A DNA stretch of 49,823 bases from a virus. Taxonomy: Duplodnaviria; Heunggongvirae; Uroviricota; Caudoviricetes. Position numbers and translations under genes: made by a program. The stretch lies in IMG/VR virus record IMGVR_UViG_3300032007_001569; one strand, written 5' to 3'. Positions 1 to 8,613 of this stretch are shown here, one piece after another. Under the pieces are notes generated by a model. That model did no database searches and was not told the DNA's origin. It saw only the letters and a list, made by a program, of their open reading frames with translations. Each line of letters starts with the position of its first letter. The stretch's first letter is position 1.

Positions 1-49
1 ATCCTCAATGTCAATACCTTTTGACAATGTTTTTTCAATTATTTTTTTG

Positions 50-160
50 CCTGTTTTCAGAAATGCGGTTTCCCCGGCGACATAATTTAGCGGTGTTTCA
101 AAATGAAGGTTTTCTGGCGCGCATGTCAGAAAAAATGCGTATTTGAAAACGAAAAACCAT
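50..160. repeat. Intergenic degenerate 25-bp motif tract A
   Basis: gttttcagaaatgcggtttcccc; gtgtttcaaaatgaaggttttctgg; consensus GTTTTYRAAAAYGNNWWTTTYCTGG. Confidence 0.7.
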
Positions 161-168
161 CGGCATAG

Positions 169-192
169 AAAAAGGCGGGATCATTGCCCGCC
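169..192 (-). terminator. Intrinsic terminator
   Basis: GGCGGG/CCCGCC stem followed by a T-run on the minus strand, directly after the stop of ORF 193-615. Confidence 0.75.
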
Positions 193-615
193 TTACTTTG
201 AATGGATGGGAAGCGCCTCGCACCAATCCAGAAGATTCGCCAGCGCCTTTTCCTTTGCGGCGGCGTGTTCTTCCTCCGTGATGCCCGTTGGATAGGCACA
301 ATAAATCGCGTGCTTGCCCTTCATATAGCGATAGCCCAGCGGCAAATTGTCTATGATTTCAGGATAATTCGCCATGAAACAGATGTGTGTCCATGAGCCG
401 GGCATGTCGAAATGAGCTTCACAACAACCGGTGGTGACATAGCCCTTTTCATTCAGGATGCGCACTTGATCCTGAATGTGCTCATCGATGAAAATGAGCT
501 GCCAAGGTGGGAAATACTCGCATGTACACTGATTGAGCCGATGGAAGCACTTCGGACAAACGAAATTATTATACGCCTGTTTGTTCCTCCGCATGGGATG
601 CGCCGCCTTTCTCAA
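193..615 (-). CDS. Hypothetical protein with N-terminal CxxC and IDE..LN.KGY.T..CCEAH motif
   Basis: ORF track; start overlaps the upstream gene stop (ATGA). Confidence 0.75.
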   Translation of the reverse strand: MRKAAHPMRRNKQAYNNFVCPKCFHRLNQCTCEYFPPWQLIFIDEHIQDQVRILNEKGYVTTGCCEAHFDMPGSWTHICFMANYPEIIDNLPLGYRYMKGKHAIYCAYPTGITEEEHAAAKEKALANLLDWCEALPIHSK

Positions 616-1169
616 ATATTGTCTTCCATGAGCTGATCGAAATAGTCAAATATGTCATCGTCGCTGTCGTTGTAGAAGATGTTGTCATCCTCTCCCTCTT
701 CTTCTGACGCAAAATCATCCAGGTCGTCAACGATATTCCCCCATCGCGCATTATCCAGCGCGTCATAGAGATATTCTACATCAATTCCGTTTTCTTCGCA
801 ACCCTGCCGGATGATTTCAAAATAATATTCTTCTGGCTCCCGCAGAGAATTTCCGCGAATATCAGTCATGACATAGACAACTGCGTCGAAGGTCTCGCCG
901 GTTTCGTCCAGGGTGACAGGGATCGTCTTGCGGATATAATAGGCGGGATAACCCTCATAGCGGTCAAGACGCGGCCAATCTTCTGGTGCAATATCCCACA
1001 CCAGAACGGGCAGAACGTGCCCCTCAGACGGGACAATATCGGCATGATACTTGAAGACAATATCCCAATCTTTGATCTTTCCGGTTCCGATGCGCTTTGA
1101 ACGGGGACAACGATTCGCCATCTGTCCAATATTCATATTTGATCCATACGCGATATAATACATGCTCAT
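612..1169 (-). CDS. Gamma-glutamylcyclotransferase (AIG2-like) family protein
   Basis: YIAYGSNM, RCP, LDRYEGYP motifs; AAGGAG RBS; acidic tail. Confidence 0.85.
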   Translation of the reverse strand: MSMYYIAYGSNMNIGQMANRCPRSKRIGTGKIKDWDIVFKYHADIVPSEGHVLPVLVWDIAPEDWPRLDRYEGYPAYYIRKTIPVTLDETGETFDAVVYVMTDIRGNSLREPEEYYFEIIRQGCEENGIDVEYLYDALDNARWGNIVDDLDDFASEEEGEDDNIFYNDSDDDIFDYFDQLMEDNI

Positions 1170-1199
1170 TCTCCTTTCACGCTTGCCCTTTTCGCGTTC

Positions 1200-1228
1200 A
1201 GTATAACTCGGTTTTGCTACATTGTCAA
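1200..1228 (-). promoter_or_regulatory. Cassette promoter P1
   Basis: TTGACA-atgtagcaaaaCCGAGT-TATACT, 17-bp spacer. Confidence 0.9.
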
Positions 1229-1247
1229 CTACTGTTTGAAATTAAAT

Positions 1248-1508
1248 TCAGGCTCTTTTTACGGCCTTCCTCCATGAGAAATGCTTTCCATCCACATTGG
1301 CGGGCGTGGTGACAAACTCAAAGTCTGAAACCTGACGGAACAATGTAGACAAAATGCCAAGGATAGACGCCGCAGCGGTAGCGCTACACCGATAGGCTTC
1401 TCTGTCGTCGTCCTTCCAGTATGCGGCAGCAGCCGCGTTTTTGTTGTATTCTGAAATCAGCTCGTCAATTACCCGATGCGCGGGAATGGTTTGAGAATGA
1501 TTAACCAT
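1248..1508 (-). CDS. Hypothetical protein
   Basis: ORF with GGAGG RBS. Confidence 0.7.
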   Translation of the reverse strand: MVNHSQTIPAHRVIDELISEYNKNAAAAAYWKDDDREAYRCSATAAASILGILSTLFRQVSDFEFVTTPANVDGKHFSWRKAVKRA

Positions 1509-1520
1509 GTTGCCCCCTCC

Positions 1521-2363
1521 TTAAATAATATCCGGCGCGCTCCAGCGCTTGTTTTTGAAATACTTCCACTCGAATGTTCCGTTGGCGACGCGCGTTTCCA
1601 CGTTCTCCAAATCTTTGAGCGCCATCATCCAGCCGCGTAGCTTCTCCTTTTCCTGTTCAGTCTTGCCAAAGAAGAATGCCCAGCGGTCAATGTCGTGCTC
1701 GATCTGCTCCACAGACCATTCCAAATCAGTCAATTCTGACTGACGCTTCAACTCCGCTTCCTCCGCCTCCACAATAGCCTTTGCGCCCGCGTAGGTGTCG
1801 TGCGCGTCACGCCAGGGCAGAGATACAAAGGGCTGATAATACTCATTGTACTGCTTTACAATGCGATAGCCATAGCGGTTATCTATTTCCGAATTAAGCG
1901 TACAATGGTCGTTGTCTTGAACGTTGACCAAATAGCCATCCTTGTACAATTCCAAAATATTATCTGGATTTTCGACGCTCAGATTCTTCGGATTTTCAAT
2001 GCCATCATCCAAGAAAATGTTATTGCTTCCAGTCCATTGGGGCACAAGGTTTGTCTTCCATGACCAGCCTTTCGGCAGCTTGCGCCATTCCGACGCGGCG
2101 GGATAATCCTTGATGGGCACACCGTCGATCTTCCGGGTGTCCTTCGGCTCGATCATCTGGAGAATGATGCCGTCCGTGTAGTTTTCTACGACGATGCCAT
2201 ACAGCACGGTCTTGCGGCACTTCGTATACCAGGGCGTCCTGGCAAGCCCGGCAAAGTAAACCACGCTTCCCGGCGCATAAATGACGCGCGGACGGTTCAA
2301 ATAATCCTCCGAATGAAAATCAAATCGGTTTGAAATGGATGATTCCGGGTTACTGCGGGGCAT
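1521..2363 (-). CDS. Hypothetical protein (~280 aa)
   Basis: Long ORF; start refined to MPRSNP by a GGAG RBS. Confidence 0.75.
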   Translation of the reverse strand: MPRSNPESSISNRFDFHSEDYLNRPRVIYAPGSVVYFAGLARTPWYTKCRKTVLYGIVVENYTDGIILQMIEPKDTRKIDGVPIKDYPAASEWRKLPKGWSWKTNLVPQWTGSNNIFLDDGIENPKNLSVENPDNILELYKDGYLVNVQDNDHCTLNSEIDNRYGYRIVKQYNEYYQPFVSLPWRDAHDTYAGAKAIVEAEEAELKRQSELTDLEWSVEQIEHDIDRWAFFFGKTEQEKEKLRGWMMALKDLENVETRVANGTFEWKYFKNKRWSAPDII

Positions 2364-2559
2364 GATAATCACTCCAATCTTTCTTCGGTCGCTCATCGTA
2401 AATCAGGGTGTAGCCGTTCATGTACTGCGTGAAGCTCTCGCGCTGGCGCTTGTCGCACCAGTTGATGGTCTCCGTTACACCATCATTCATCCTCAAGTCC
2501 GCCATGACAGCATAGCCGACATCATAAATCCTGACAGCAATCACATACTTATCAAACAT
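2350..2559 (-). CDS. Hypothetical protein
   Basis: Start refined to MFDKYV with GGGAGG RBS. Confidence 0.65.
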   Translation of the reverse strand: MFDKYVIAVRIYDVGYAVMADLRMNDGVTETINWCDKRQRESFTQYMNGYTLIYDERPKKDWSDYHAPQ

Positions 2560-2746
2560 CAATTCCCCTCCCCTTATTGCGCGCGACAAACGTAGCGGCC
2601 AGCTCACATTCAAGTTCTTCAATCCTCCGCGTGGTCGCGCCCTGGCAAATCGTCAGGATTTCCAAGGCTTCATCGCGCGTCAAAGTGTCCTTCATGACGG
2701 CGCTGACAAAAGCGTCAATCATCTTCCGCTTGCACTCATAATCCAT
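2552..2746 (-). CDS. Hypothetical protein
   Basis: First ORF after promoter P2. Confidence 0.65.
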   Translation of the reverse strand: MDYECKRKMIDAFVSAVMKDTLTRDEALEILTICQGATTRRIEELECELAATFVARNKGRGIDV

Positions 2747-2796
2747 ATGCCTTCTTTCCTTTCTTTCCGCTCGTTGAATTTTCCTTTGATGGTGCT

Positions 2797-2825
2797 AGTA
2801 TAACTCGGCACTTCTTAATTGTCAA
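2797..2825 (-). promoter_or_regulatory. Cassette promoter P2
   Basis: TTGACA-attaagaagtgCCGAGT-TATACT. Confidence 0.9.
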
Positions 2826-2859
2826 TATCTTTTTGAAATCTTTTATAAATTTCTTTTCT

Positions 2860-2985
2860 TGCGTTTTTAACAATTCCATTTTTCTGGATCGGCCTTAAAA
2901 AAGATGTGTTTTCCAAAATGATGTTTTCCTGGCACACTGGATTCATAAACGACCTGTTTTCAAGAACGGGATTTTTCTGGCAAAC
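2860..2985. repeat. 25-bp motif tract B (3 copies)
   Basis: Copies start at 2863, 2908 and 2956. Confidence 0.8.
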
Positions 2986-3031
2986 GAAAAAGAACGCGCA
3001 GCCCCAGCAGGATTACGCATTCAATCAGCCG

Positions 3032-3319
3032 TCACGCGGCCATGCTTCGCATAAGCTCTTCGGGCATTTTCCCTTCCGCCTTATCCACCAGGAAACCGCC
3101 CAGCGAAAACAGCGACAGTTTATCGAACTTCCAGTCGTAATAGGCGCGAAGACCCACAGGCGGCATGTAAACGTCTTCTTCCGACAGGCTGTAGACATTG
3201 ACCTGATAGCTTGCTTTTTCCTCATAGGCGCGCCGCATTAACCGGCGAATGCCAAAGGCATTGAAAACCGCCGAATGAACTTTTCCGCTCTCCTTCCATC
3301 TCACCAGATACCTTTTCAC
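3032..3319 (-). CDS. Hypothetical protein
   Basis: GTG start with GGAGG RBS; overlapping gene chain. Confidence 0.65.
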   Translation of the reverse strand: MKRYLVRWKESGKVHSAVFNAFGIRRLMRRAYEEKASYQVNVYSLSEEDVYMPPVGLRAYYDWKFDKLSLFSLGGFLVDKAEGKMPEELMRSMAA

Positions 3320-3507
3320 GCTATCCCCTCCAATTTTTCCATGATGAATGCCGCGCGGCCTGTCTCGCTGGAATAGCGATCTGAAATCCTCCGCGCCTGA
3401 TTTTCCGAAAAGCTCATGCCCGCGCTGAAAGACTTTGCGGGCGTGAAATCCTCCGCCATGAGAAACACAAAACCATCTTCATCAAAGCCATAGACGCCGA
3501 ACATCAC
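3316..3507 (-). CDS. Hypothetical protein
   Basis: 4-bp overlaps with both neighbours. Confidence 0.65.
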   Translation of the reverse strand: MMFGVYGFDEDGFVFLMAEDFTPAKSFSAGMSFSENQARRISDRYSSETGRAAFIMEKLEGIA

Positions 3508-3788
3508 GCTTCAACCTCCCTCATATAAGCGTCATATTCTCCACGGCTCAAAAGACTAGACTCCTTATGGAAATTAATGTCGGTCAGGCGATACTCGATT
3601 TTTTCCATTGCGCGAATATCGTCCTTCTTGCGGGCGTTGGCGTGCTTTTTTCCAAGCTCGCGTAGCTCGTCGTAAGTGATACCCCATTCTTTCCGCGCGT
3701 TGAGACGGCTCATCTTTTCCGCGTCGCCGTAGGTCATGGCCAAGTGTCCGGGATAAACGTCGCTCTTGTTATAACTCTGATTGAACAT
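3504..3788 (-). CDS. Hypothetical protein
   Basis: ORF with AAGGAG RBS. Confidence 0.7.
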   Translation of the reverse strand: MFNQSYNKSDVYPGHLAMTYGDAEKMSRLNARKEWGITYDELRELGKKHANARKKDDIRAMEKIEYRLTDINFHKESSLLSRGEYDAYMREVEA

Positions 3789-3822
3789 GGTTTTACGCTC
3801 CTTTGCTCGCTATTCGTTTTGA

Positions 3823-4128
3823 TTAAAACTTCTTCGCCACAAGCGTCATTAACTCGCAGCCAGCCGTTAAAATGCTGTCGCCGGTCACGTTGACGACATA
3901 CAGCAAATCCGGCGCGTTTATGTCTACCTCGTCCCAAATGGTGAATACTTCTTCGCCGGGCAACAGACCATGATAACGGCGCTGGAAGTCGGTAAACCGG
4001 GCGATACTCTCATGGGTCAATACCTGATAGGTGACTACAATGCGCCGCCGCTGCTCTCTGTTGCCGCCATAAGAATGGATCATCGCTTCAATGTCGTCGG
4101 CGACACACTGCATATGAAACTCACGCAT
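3823..4128 (-). CDS. Hypothetical protein
   Basis: ORF with GGAGG RBS. Confidence 0.7.
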   Translation of the reverse strand: MREFHMQCVADDIEAMIHSYGGNREQRRRIVVTYQVLTHESIARFTDFQRRYHGLLPGEEVFTIWDEVDINAPDLLYVVNVTGDSILTAGCELMTLVAKKF

Positions 4129-4131
4129 TTG

Positions 4132-4275
4132 CTAATCCTCCTTCCACTGCGTGTAAACCTCGATGGACTCACCGCTCGCGCGGATATAGCGGGCGTTGGG
4201 AATGGCGGCGGCGATCTGCCGCGCCTGTTCGATCAGTGACAAGTCCGGGTCGCGCTTGATGAAAGTAATACTCAT
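4132..4275 (-). CDS. Small hypothetical protein (47 aa, MSITFIKRDPD...)
   Basis: Hand-translated, below the ORF-track cutoff; fills the operon gap and has a GAGG RBS. Confidence 0.55.
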   Translation of the reverse strand: MSITFIKRDPDLSLIEQARQIAAAIPNARYIRASGESIEVYTQWKED

Positions 4276-4292
4276 TTTGATTGCCTCGCTTC

Positions 4293-4538
4293 CTATTTAT
4301 ATTTCGTCCAAATTGTGATGCAATCATCCTTCACCGCGAAGAAATCAACCTTCAATTTCTTCATGTACTCAATAAACTCGGAATATCCTTCAAATACATC
4401 ATTGTGAACCTCATAGCTATCTTCAAATGATAGCAACCCTATGTCTGATTCATAGGTGTAATGTTTTGTGCAGTCCTGAATCTTAACCGTCTGGTTGTTA
4501 TTTAGTGCAATAGCCTTGAACATCTGATTAACTGTCAT
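4293..4538 (-). CDS. Hypothetical protein (AT-rich gene)
   Basis: ORF with GGAG RBS. Confidence 0.65.
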   Translation of the reverse strand: MTVNQMFKAIALNNNQTVKIQDCTKHYTYESDIGLLSFEDSYEVHNDVFEGYSEFIEYMKKLKVDFFAVKDDCITIWTKYK

Positions 4539-4604
4539 TGTCTCCGTCTCCTCTTTGTCATCAGGTGGGGCGGTTTAGCCGCCGCCCTTCGGCCTCTCTT
4601 CCTA

Positions 4605-5087
4605 TTAGAACGCCGCAGCCAATTCCACGCGGGCGTCCAGCTCGATGCGCTCGCAGCCGTACTTCATACGAATCTGATTGAGCGACTTCCTACCATGAGA
4701 AACCACGCTATCCTCGGGCGCGTGCCAGTACCACGCCTTTTTCTTGCTGGCGTAGTGATAACCAGCGGCCTTCAGCACTTCGCGGTGCTCGTAGGTATGG
4801 CCGGTGATCCAAATCCAGTTGCCCACCAGCTCGATCACAAGGCCCTTGCAGGTCGCCACGGCCTGAACCGCAGCCATGAACTCGGCGGGAACTTCCTTCG
4901 CGGCCTTCGCCTGTTCGGCCTGTTCGCCGTGAACGCGGATGAACTCGACGGCCTTTTCATACTGGTTGTTAATGGCCTTCATGGTCGCCTCGTCGCCGCC
5001 CAGGTCGGGATGGTTGGCCTTGACCAAGCGCTTGTACTCGACGCGAAGGGCCTGCATGGTTCGGATTCCCTCGAAGAAGTTTTTCAT
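4605..5087 (-). CDS. J-domain (DnaJ-like) protein
   Basis: YKRLVKANHPDLGGD..MKAINNQYE J-domain with HPD motif. Confidence 0.85.
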   Translation of the reverse strand: MKNFFEGIRTMQALRVEYKRLVKANHPDLGGDEATMKAINNQYEKAVEFIRVHGEQAEQAKAAKEVPAEFMAAVQAVATCKGLVIELVGNWIWITGHTYEHREVLKAAGYHYASKKKAWYWHAPEDSVVSHGRKSLNQIRMKYGCERIELDARVELAAAF

Positions 5088-5139
5088 GGTGTGCGCTCCT
5101 TTCAGCTCGTCGGCTTGTTGTTTCCCTTGATCTGGCTGT

Positions 5140-5168
5140 AGTATAACTCGGCCTTATTCCATTGTCAA
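5140..5168 (-). promoter_or_regulatory. Cassette promoter P3
   Basis: TTGACA-atggaataaggCCGAGT-TATACT; GAGTC box 32 bp upstream of -35. Confidence 0.9.
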
Positions 5169-5234
5169 TAGCTTTATGAAATTTTATTTGTAAAGAATCT
5201 GAGTCCATCCCGGCGCGTTTCCTCCTGGCGCACG

Positions 5235-5410
5235 GCCAGAAAATCCCCATTCTTAAAAACAATACTTCTCGGCAAAAACGGCGAAAATTGCCGAAACATA
5301 TTCCAGAAAATTCCCATTCTTAAAAACGAATCACAAATGTGAAGCGGCTTACTTCGGATTTGTTACGCCTGAAAACGCGCGTGTTTGAAAATCATATTTT
5401 TCTGGCTGGG
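5235..5410. repeat. 25-bp motif tract C (mixed orientation)
   Basis: Two reverse copies (ccagaaaatccccattcttaaaaac) and one forward copy. Confidence 0.75.
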
Positions 5411-5412
5411 CT

Positions 5413-5440
5413 GGAGGGGAAGTCTCGCGGCCTCCCCTCC
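5413..5440 (-). terminator. Terminator-like hairpin
   Basis: GGAGGGGA/TCCCCTCC stem after ORF 5450-5719; U-tract is weak. Confidence 0.5.
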
Positions 5441-5449
5441 TGTCAGCTC

Positions 5450-5719
5450 TTACGCGGCGCGGTCGATGATTTCCGCCATCATGCAGATTAACGTCGCCTT
5501 GTCTTCCGGCGTGTTCTCCCGCCAGGAAAAGTCATTCGCCAGCACCGCGAAACAGAAACTTTCCTCTCCGGTGTAGGGCTTTTCACGGGGCAGATACTTT
5601 GCCAGGATGATCTCTTGCGCGGTGTCATGCTCGTTCAGGTCGGTCAGAAAAGCGTCATTCTCCATCAGGTTGGCAATCTTCGCGGCGGTCTCCGCTTTGT
5701 ACTCCAGTCCGTTAAACAT
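5450..5719 (-). CDS. Hypothetical acidic protein
   Basis: ORF with GGAG RBS. Confidence 0.7.
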   Translation of the reverse strand: MFNGLEYKAETAAKIANLMENDAFLTDLNEHDTAQEIILAKYLPREKPYTGEESFCFAVLANDFSWRENTPEDKATLICMMAEIIDRAA

Positions 5720-5737
5720 GATCCTTTCTCCCTTCGC

Positions 5738-6487
5738 TTATTTGATCGTCTTTTTGTTCTCGCTGGTGAGCAGCTTTCCCGTATTGATTCCGGCCTCTTC
5801 ACACAATGCCGTCATGATCTTGACAGCTTGCGGCCATTCGTCCGGGTGAATGAAGTCAAGCAGCGGTCTTGCCTTGCCATTCGCGCGCGTCCTGCGGGAT
5901 TCTAGGTTGATATGTCCCTTATACAACAGTCGGTCATAAAACACTTTCCAGCCCGCGCCGGTCATGCCGCCGTACCTTTTGCCAGCATAGGCCCGCGCCA
6001 GGCGATTCAAAACCATGCGCGGCTCCCAAGTGTTCGCCTCGGCGGCTAAGGCGGCGTTTGTGCTCGTCAGCTCCTTGACGCGCGTCTGTTCGTTTACCAA
6101 GGCTTGCAGCAGCTCGATCACGCTTTCCGGCCTCGTGAGCGTTTCGGTGAGCTTGTCGGGCGTCATGTACGCGCCGTGCTTTCGGATGGATGGGATCACG
6201 TCGTGTACAATCCAGCGCTTAAAGGCTTTCGCCTCCGGCTTGCGGGAACCCAGCACCAAGGAATAAAGGCCAGGTTCGCTAACAATGATTAATTCTTGAT
6301 CTCCGCCAAGGGTGTGAATTAAATTCACTCCCTTTTCGTCGTCGTCCAATCGTTCGCACGCGCGGCCAGCTTGATTGATCTCCAACGCCCTGCAAACATC
6401 CACGGCCACAAACCACGGTTCGCCGTCTCTCTCCAACGTGCGGACACTTCCGAACGATGGATTTTCAAAGATTCTTAGCTCATCCAT
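5738..6487 (-). CDS. BRO-N domain phage antirepressor
   Basis: F.N..FG.VR....GEPWFVAVDVCRAL; VSEPGLYSLVLGSRKPEAKAFKRW...VIPSIRKHGAY. Confidence 0.9.
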   Translation of the reverse strand: MDELRIFENPSFGSVRTLERDGEPWFVAVDVCRALEINQAGRACERLDDDEKGVNLIHTLGGDQELIIVSEPGLYSLVLGSRKPEAKAFKRWIVHDVIPSIRKHGAYMTPDKLTETLTRPESVIELLQALVNEQTRVKELTSTNAALAAEANTWEPRMVLNRLARAYAGKRYGGMTGAGWKVFYDRLLYKGHINLESRRTRANGKARPLLDFIHPDEWPQAVKIMTALCEEAGINTGKLLTSENKKTIK

Positions 6488-6535
6488 TTTTCAATCCCTC
6501 CATTTGTTGGTCGGTTTCCTTTGGTTCATGGCCGA

Positions 6536-6564
6536 ATTGTACTTCAATTTTTGAAGTATGTCAA
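6536..6564 (-). promoter_or_regulatory. Antirepressor promoter whose spacer is a palindromic operator
   Basis: TTGACA-17-TACAAT with TACTTCAA-aa-TTGAAGTA between and overlapping the hexamers. Confidence 0.8.
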
Positions 6565-6614
6565 CCCGGTAATATGCAACAATATTTGAAGCATATTTTA
6601 GGCAAAATATGCAC

Positions 6615-6643
6615 TTGCTTTTGAATCATATCTATAGTATAAT
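6615..6643 (+). promoter_or_regulatory. Promoter of the HTH gene
   Basis: TTGCTT-17-TATAAT; adjacent GCATATTTT-aggc-AAAATATGC palindrome. Confidence 0.7.
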
Positions 6644-6667
6644 ACAGTCAGAAGGAGGTGATGAAAA

Positions 6668-6889
6668 ATGCCGATTAAATACAAAATTGATGTGATTGCT
6701 GCGCTAAAGGATGCCGGTTATACGTCCTACAAAATCAGAAAAGAAGGTGTAATCAATCAAATAGCGCTGCAAAAGCTCCGGGAAGGCAAACTCATTTCAT
6801 GGGAACAGCTCGACAGGATTTGCGTGATCCTCCACTGTCAGCCCGGCGATCTGGTTGAACACATCGACGATCTACCGGAACGGCCTTAA
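6668..6889 (+). CDS. Cro/C1-type helix-turn-helix regulator
   Basis: 73 aa, LQKLREGKLISWEQLDRICVILHCQPGDLVE; GGAGG RBS. Confidence 0.85.
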   Translation: MPIKYKIDVIAALKDAGYTSYKIRKEGVINQIALQKLREGKLISWEQLDRICVILHCQPGDLVEHIDDLPERP

Positions 6890-6919
6890 CTGGCCGTTTC
6901 TTTTTGCGCCCTCAGTTTC

Positions 6920-7085
6920 TCCGCGTTTTCAGAAATCAGAATTTCCTGGCAGGCGATCTCCAGAATTATTCTGTTTTAAGAATGGGAATTTTCTGGCATA
7001 CAACCATCAGCGTTTTCAAAAATCAAGATTTTTTGGCGCGCATTATCCGCAGAAATCGCGTTTTTAAGAATGCGCTTTTTCTGGA
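6920..7085. repeat. 25-bp motif tract D (4 copies)
   Basis: Copies at 6925, 6972, 7012 and 7060. Confidence 0.85.
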
Positions 7086-7090
7086 AGGGC

Positions 7091-7117
7091 AAAAGAAAAC
7101 CGCCCCAGGAAGGGCGG
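7091..7117 (-). terminator. Intrinsic terminator
   Basis: CCGCCC/GGGCGG stem plus T-rich run on the minus strand. Confidence 0.7.
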
Positions 7118-7134
7118 CTAATTGATTCGTATGA

Positions 7135-7482
7135 TTATGGCTCATCCGGCAGCAAATCGGCGCTCAATTTTACTTTTGCAATGCCTCCCATATATGGATC
7201 ATCTGGATCGATTTTTATATAGTCGATTCGTTCGATACGGCGCAATCCAAGCGCATATACACTCACATGCCCCGTGGTTCCTCGCCATCCGTGATACCGC
7301 TTAATTTGGCTATTCATGTTTCCGGGAACGCCTTCGCCGTTATCCTTTCTCAAACGGTAAATCGAATCCCCTGTGTTGATGTCGCATCGCTCCACAAGAA
7401 TATATTTGTCGCCAACCTTGATAGTATTCAAATCAACTCCATATCCAAACGGCTCCTCGGTGATCTTATAAATGGTTTTCAT
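7135..7482 (-). CDS. Hypothetical protein
   Basis: Start refined to MKTIYK with AAGGAG RBS. Confidence 0.7.
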   Translation of the reverse strand: MKTIYKITEEPFGYGVDLNTIKVGDKYILVERCDINTGDSIYRLRKDNGEGVPGNMNSQIKRYHGWRGTTGHVSVYALGLRRIERIDYIKIDPDDPYMGGIAKVKLSADLLPDEP

Positions 7483-7498
7483 AGTGTAACGCTCCTTT

Positions 7499-7762
7499 CT
7501 AGCCCTCATACCTCAGATACTTCTTCACGCGCTGGATCACTTCGTCATACGTTCCGCCCTCGTGCAGCTTCCGGGCGATCATGAAATGCTTTCCAGTCAG
7601 CACCGCGCGGATAAAATCAACAGACGCGCGGCCTGTTCCGATGTACCAGGACAGCGGCGCAATATCTTGCGCGGCCTGATCTACCCCGTAACGCTCCATC
7701 AAATAGCGCTGGATGTGCCAAAGTCCGGTTTCAATGGACACGCGATTGACTGAAATGTCCAT
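7499..7762 (-). CDS. Hypothetical protein
   Basis: ORF with GGAGG RBS. Confidence 0.7.
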   Translation of the reverse strand: MDISVNRVSIETGLWHIQRYLMERYGVDQAAQDIAPLSWYIGTGRASVDFIRAVLTGKHFMIARKLHEGGTYDEVIQRVKKYLRYEG

Positions 7763-7765
7763 GGT

Positions 7766-8038
7766 TTAATCCTCCTTGAATTTCAGAAAAATTACCCTGT
7801 CAATGGCGGCTTGCGCGGCCTTTACGGCGTCTCGATACTGTTTCACCAGCTCCGCGTGCGCCGCGTCGTCTTCCTCCGGGATGTTCCGCGCCGTGTACGC
7901 GATGGTTCCCAGGTCGTGCGCCATCAATGAGCACATGTTCTGAATCTCGATCTTGCACCGACGCTTTTCCTTCACACTCTCCGGCGCGTTTACTTCTTCC
8001 TCAAATGACATGGGCTTCAGTCCGTAAAAATCCGTCAT
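7766..8038 (-). CDS. Hypothetical protein
   Basis: First ORF after P4; GGAGG RBS. Confidence 0.7.
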   Translation of the reverse strand: MTDFYGLKPMSFEEEVNAPESVKEKRRCKIEIQNMCSLMAHDLGTIAYTARNIPEEDDAAHAELVKQYRDAVKAAQAAIDRVIFLKFKED

Positions 8039-8083
8039 GGTTTCGCCCTCCTTGCTTGTCGTTCATTCCTTCGATCTGCCTGT

Positions 8084-8112
8084 AGTGTAACTCGGTTAAT
8101 TTATATTGTCAA
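8084..8112 (-). promoter_or_regulatory. Cassette promoter P4
   Basis: TTGACA-atataaattaaCCGAGT-TACACT; GAGTC box at 32 bp. Confidence 0.9.
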
Positions 8113-8179
8113 TACCTGTTAGAAATTTTCTTAGTTAAGAAAATGAGTCCACTCAACACCAAGCCTGGAGGCACAAATC

Positions 8180-8350
8180 TATTCTGTTTTTGGAAATCGA
8201 ATTTTCCTGGCCGACTTTTCCGGCGCTTATGTGTTTTTAGAAATGACTTTTTCTTGGCGGGCTTCACATTTTCCAGACGTTTTTGAAAACTGGTTTTTCC
8301 GGCGACACCCTGCCGGATTCAACGGATTTTTAGAAACGCAAATTTTCTGG
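8180..8350. repeat. 25-bp motif tract E (4 copies, 46-47 bp period)
   Basis: Copies at 8186, 8233, 8279 and 8326. Confidence 0.85.
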
Positions 8351-8363
8351 AGGCGCTGGAGAA

Positions 8364-8388
8364 AGCCCGCGTTTTTTCCGCGCGGGCG
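8364..8388 (-). terminator. Intrinsic terminator
   Basis: GCCCGCG/CGCGGGC stem after ORF 8396-8599. Confidence 0.65.
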
Positions 8389-8395
8389 TTGATGG

Positions 8396-8599
8396 TCACT
8401 GATAGGCGTATTCCAACAGCTCCAAATTATCCAGGGATTTTGCCCAGGTCGTGCCGTGATGAATCGCGCTGCAAATGCAGATGAAACGCGCGACATTTAC
8501 CGGATTGCCAGATTTTAGCAATTTCCGAAAATCGTGGATTGTATAGCGCTCTTTTTTCGGCAGGATTAAACCGTTGTTGATAACTTCACGCATGGTCAT
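8396..8599 (-). CDS. Hypothetical protein
   Basis: ORF with GGAGG RBS. Confidence 0.65.
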   Translation of the reverse strand: MTMREVINNGLILPKKERYTIHDFRKLLKSGNPVNVARFICICSAIHHGTTWAKSLDNLELLEYAYQ

Positions 8600-8613
8600 A
8601 GCTTATCCCTCCC

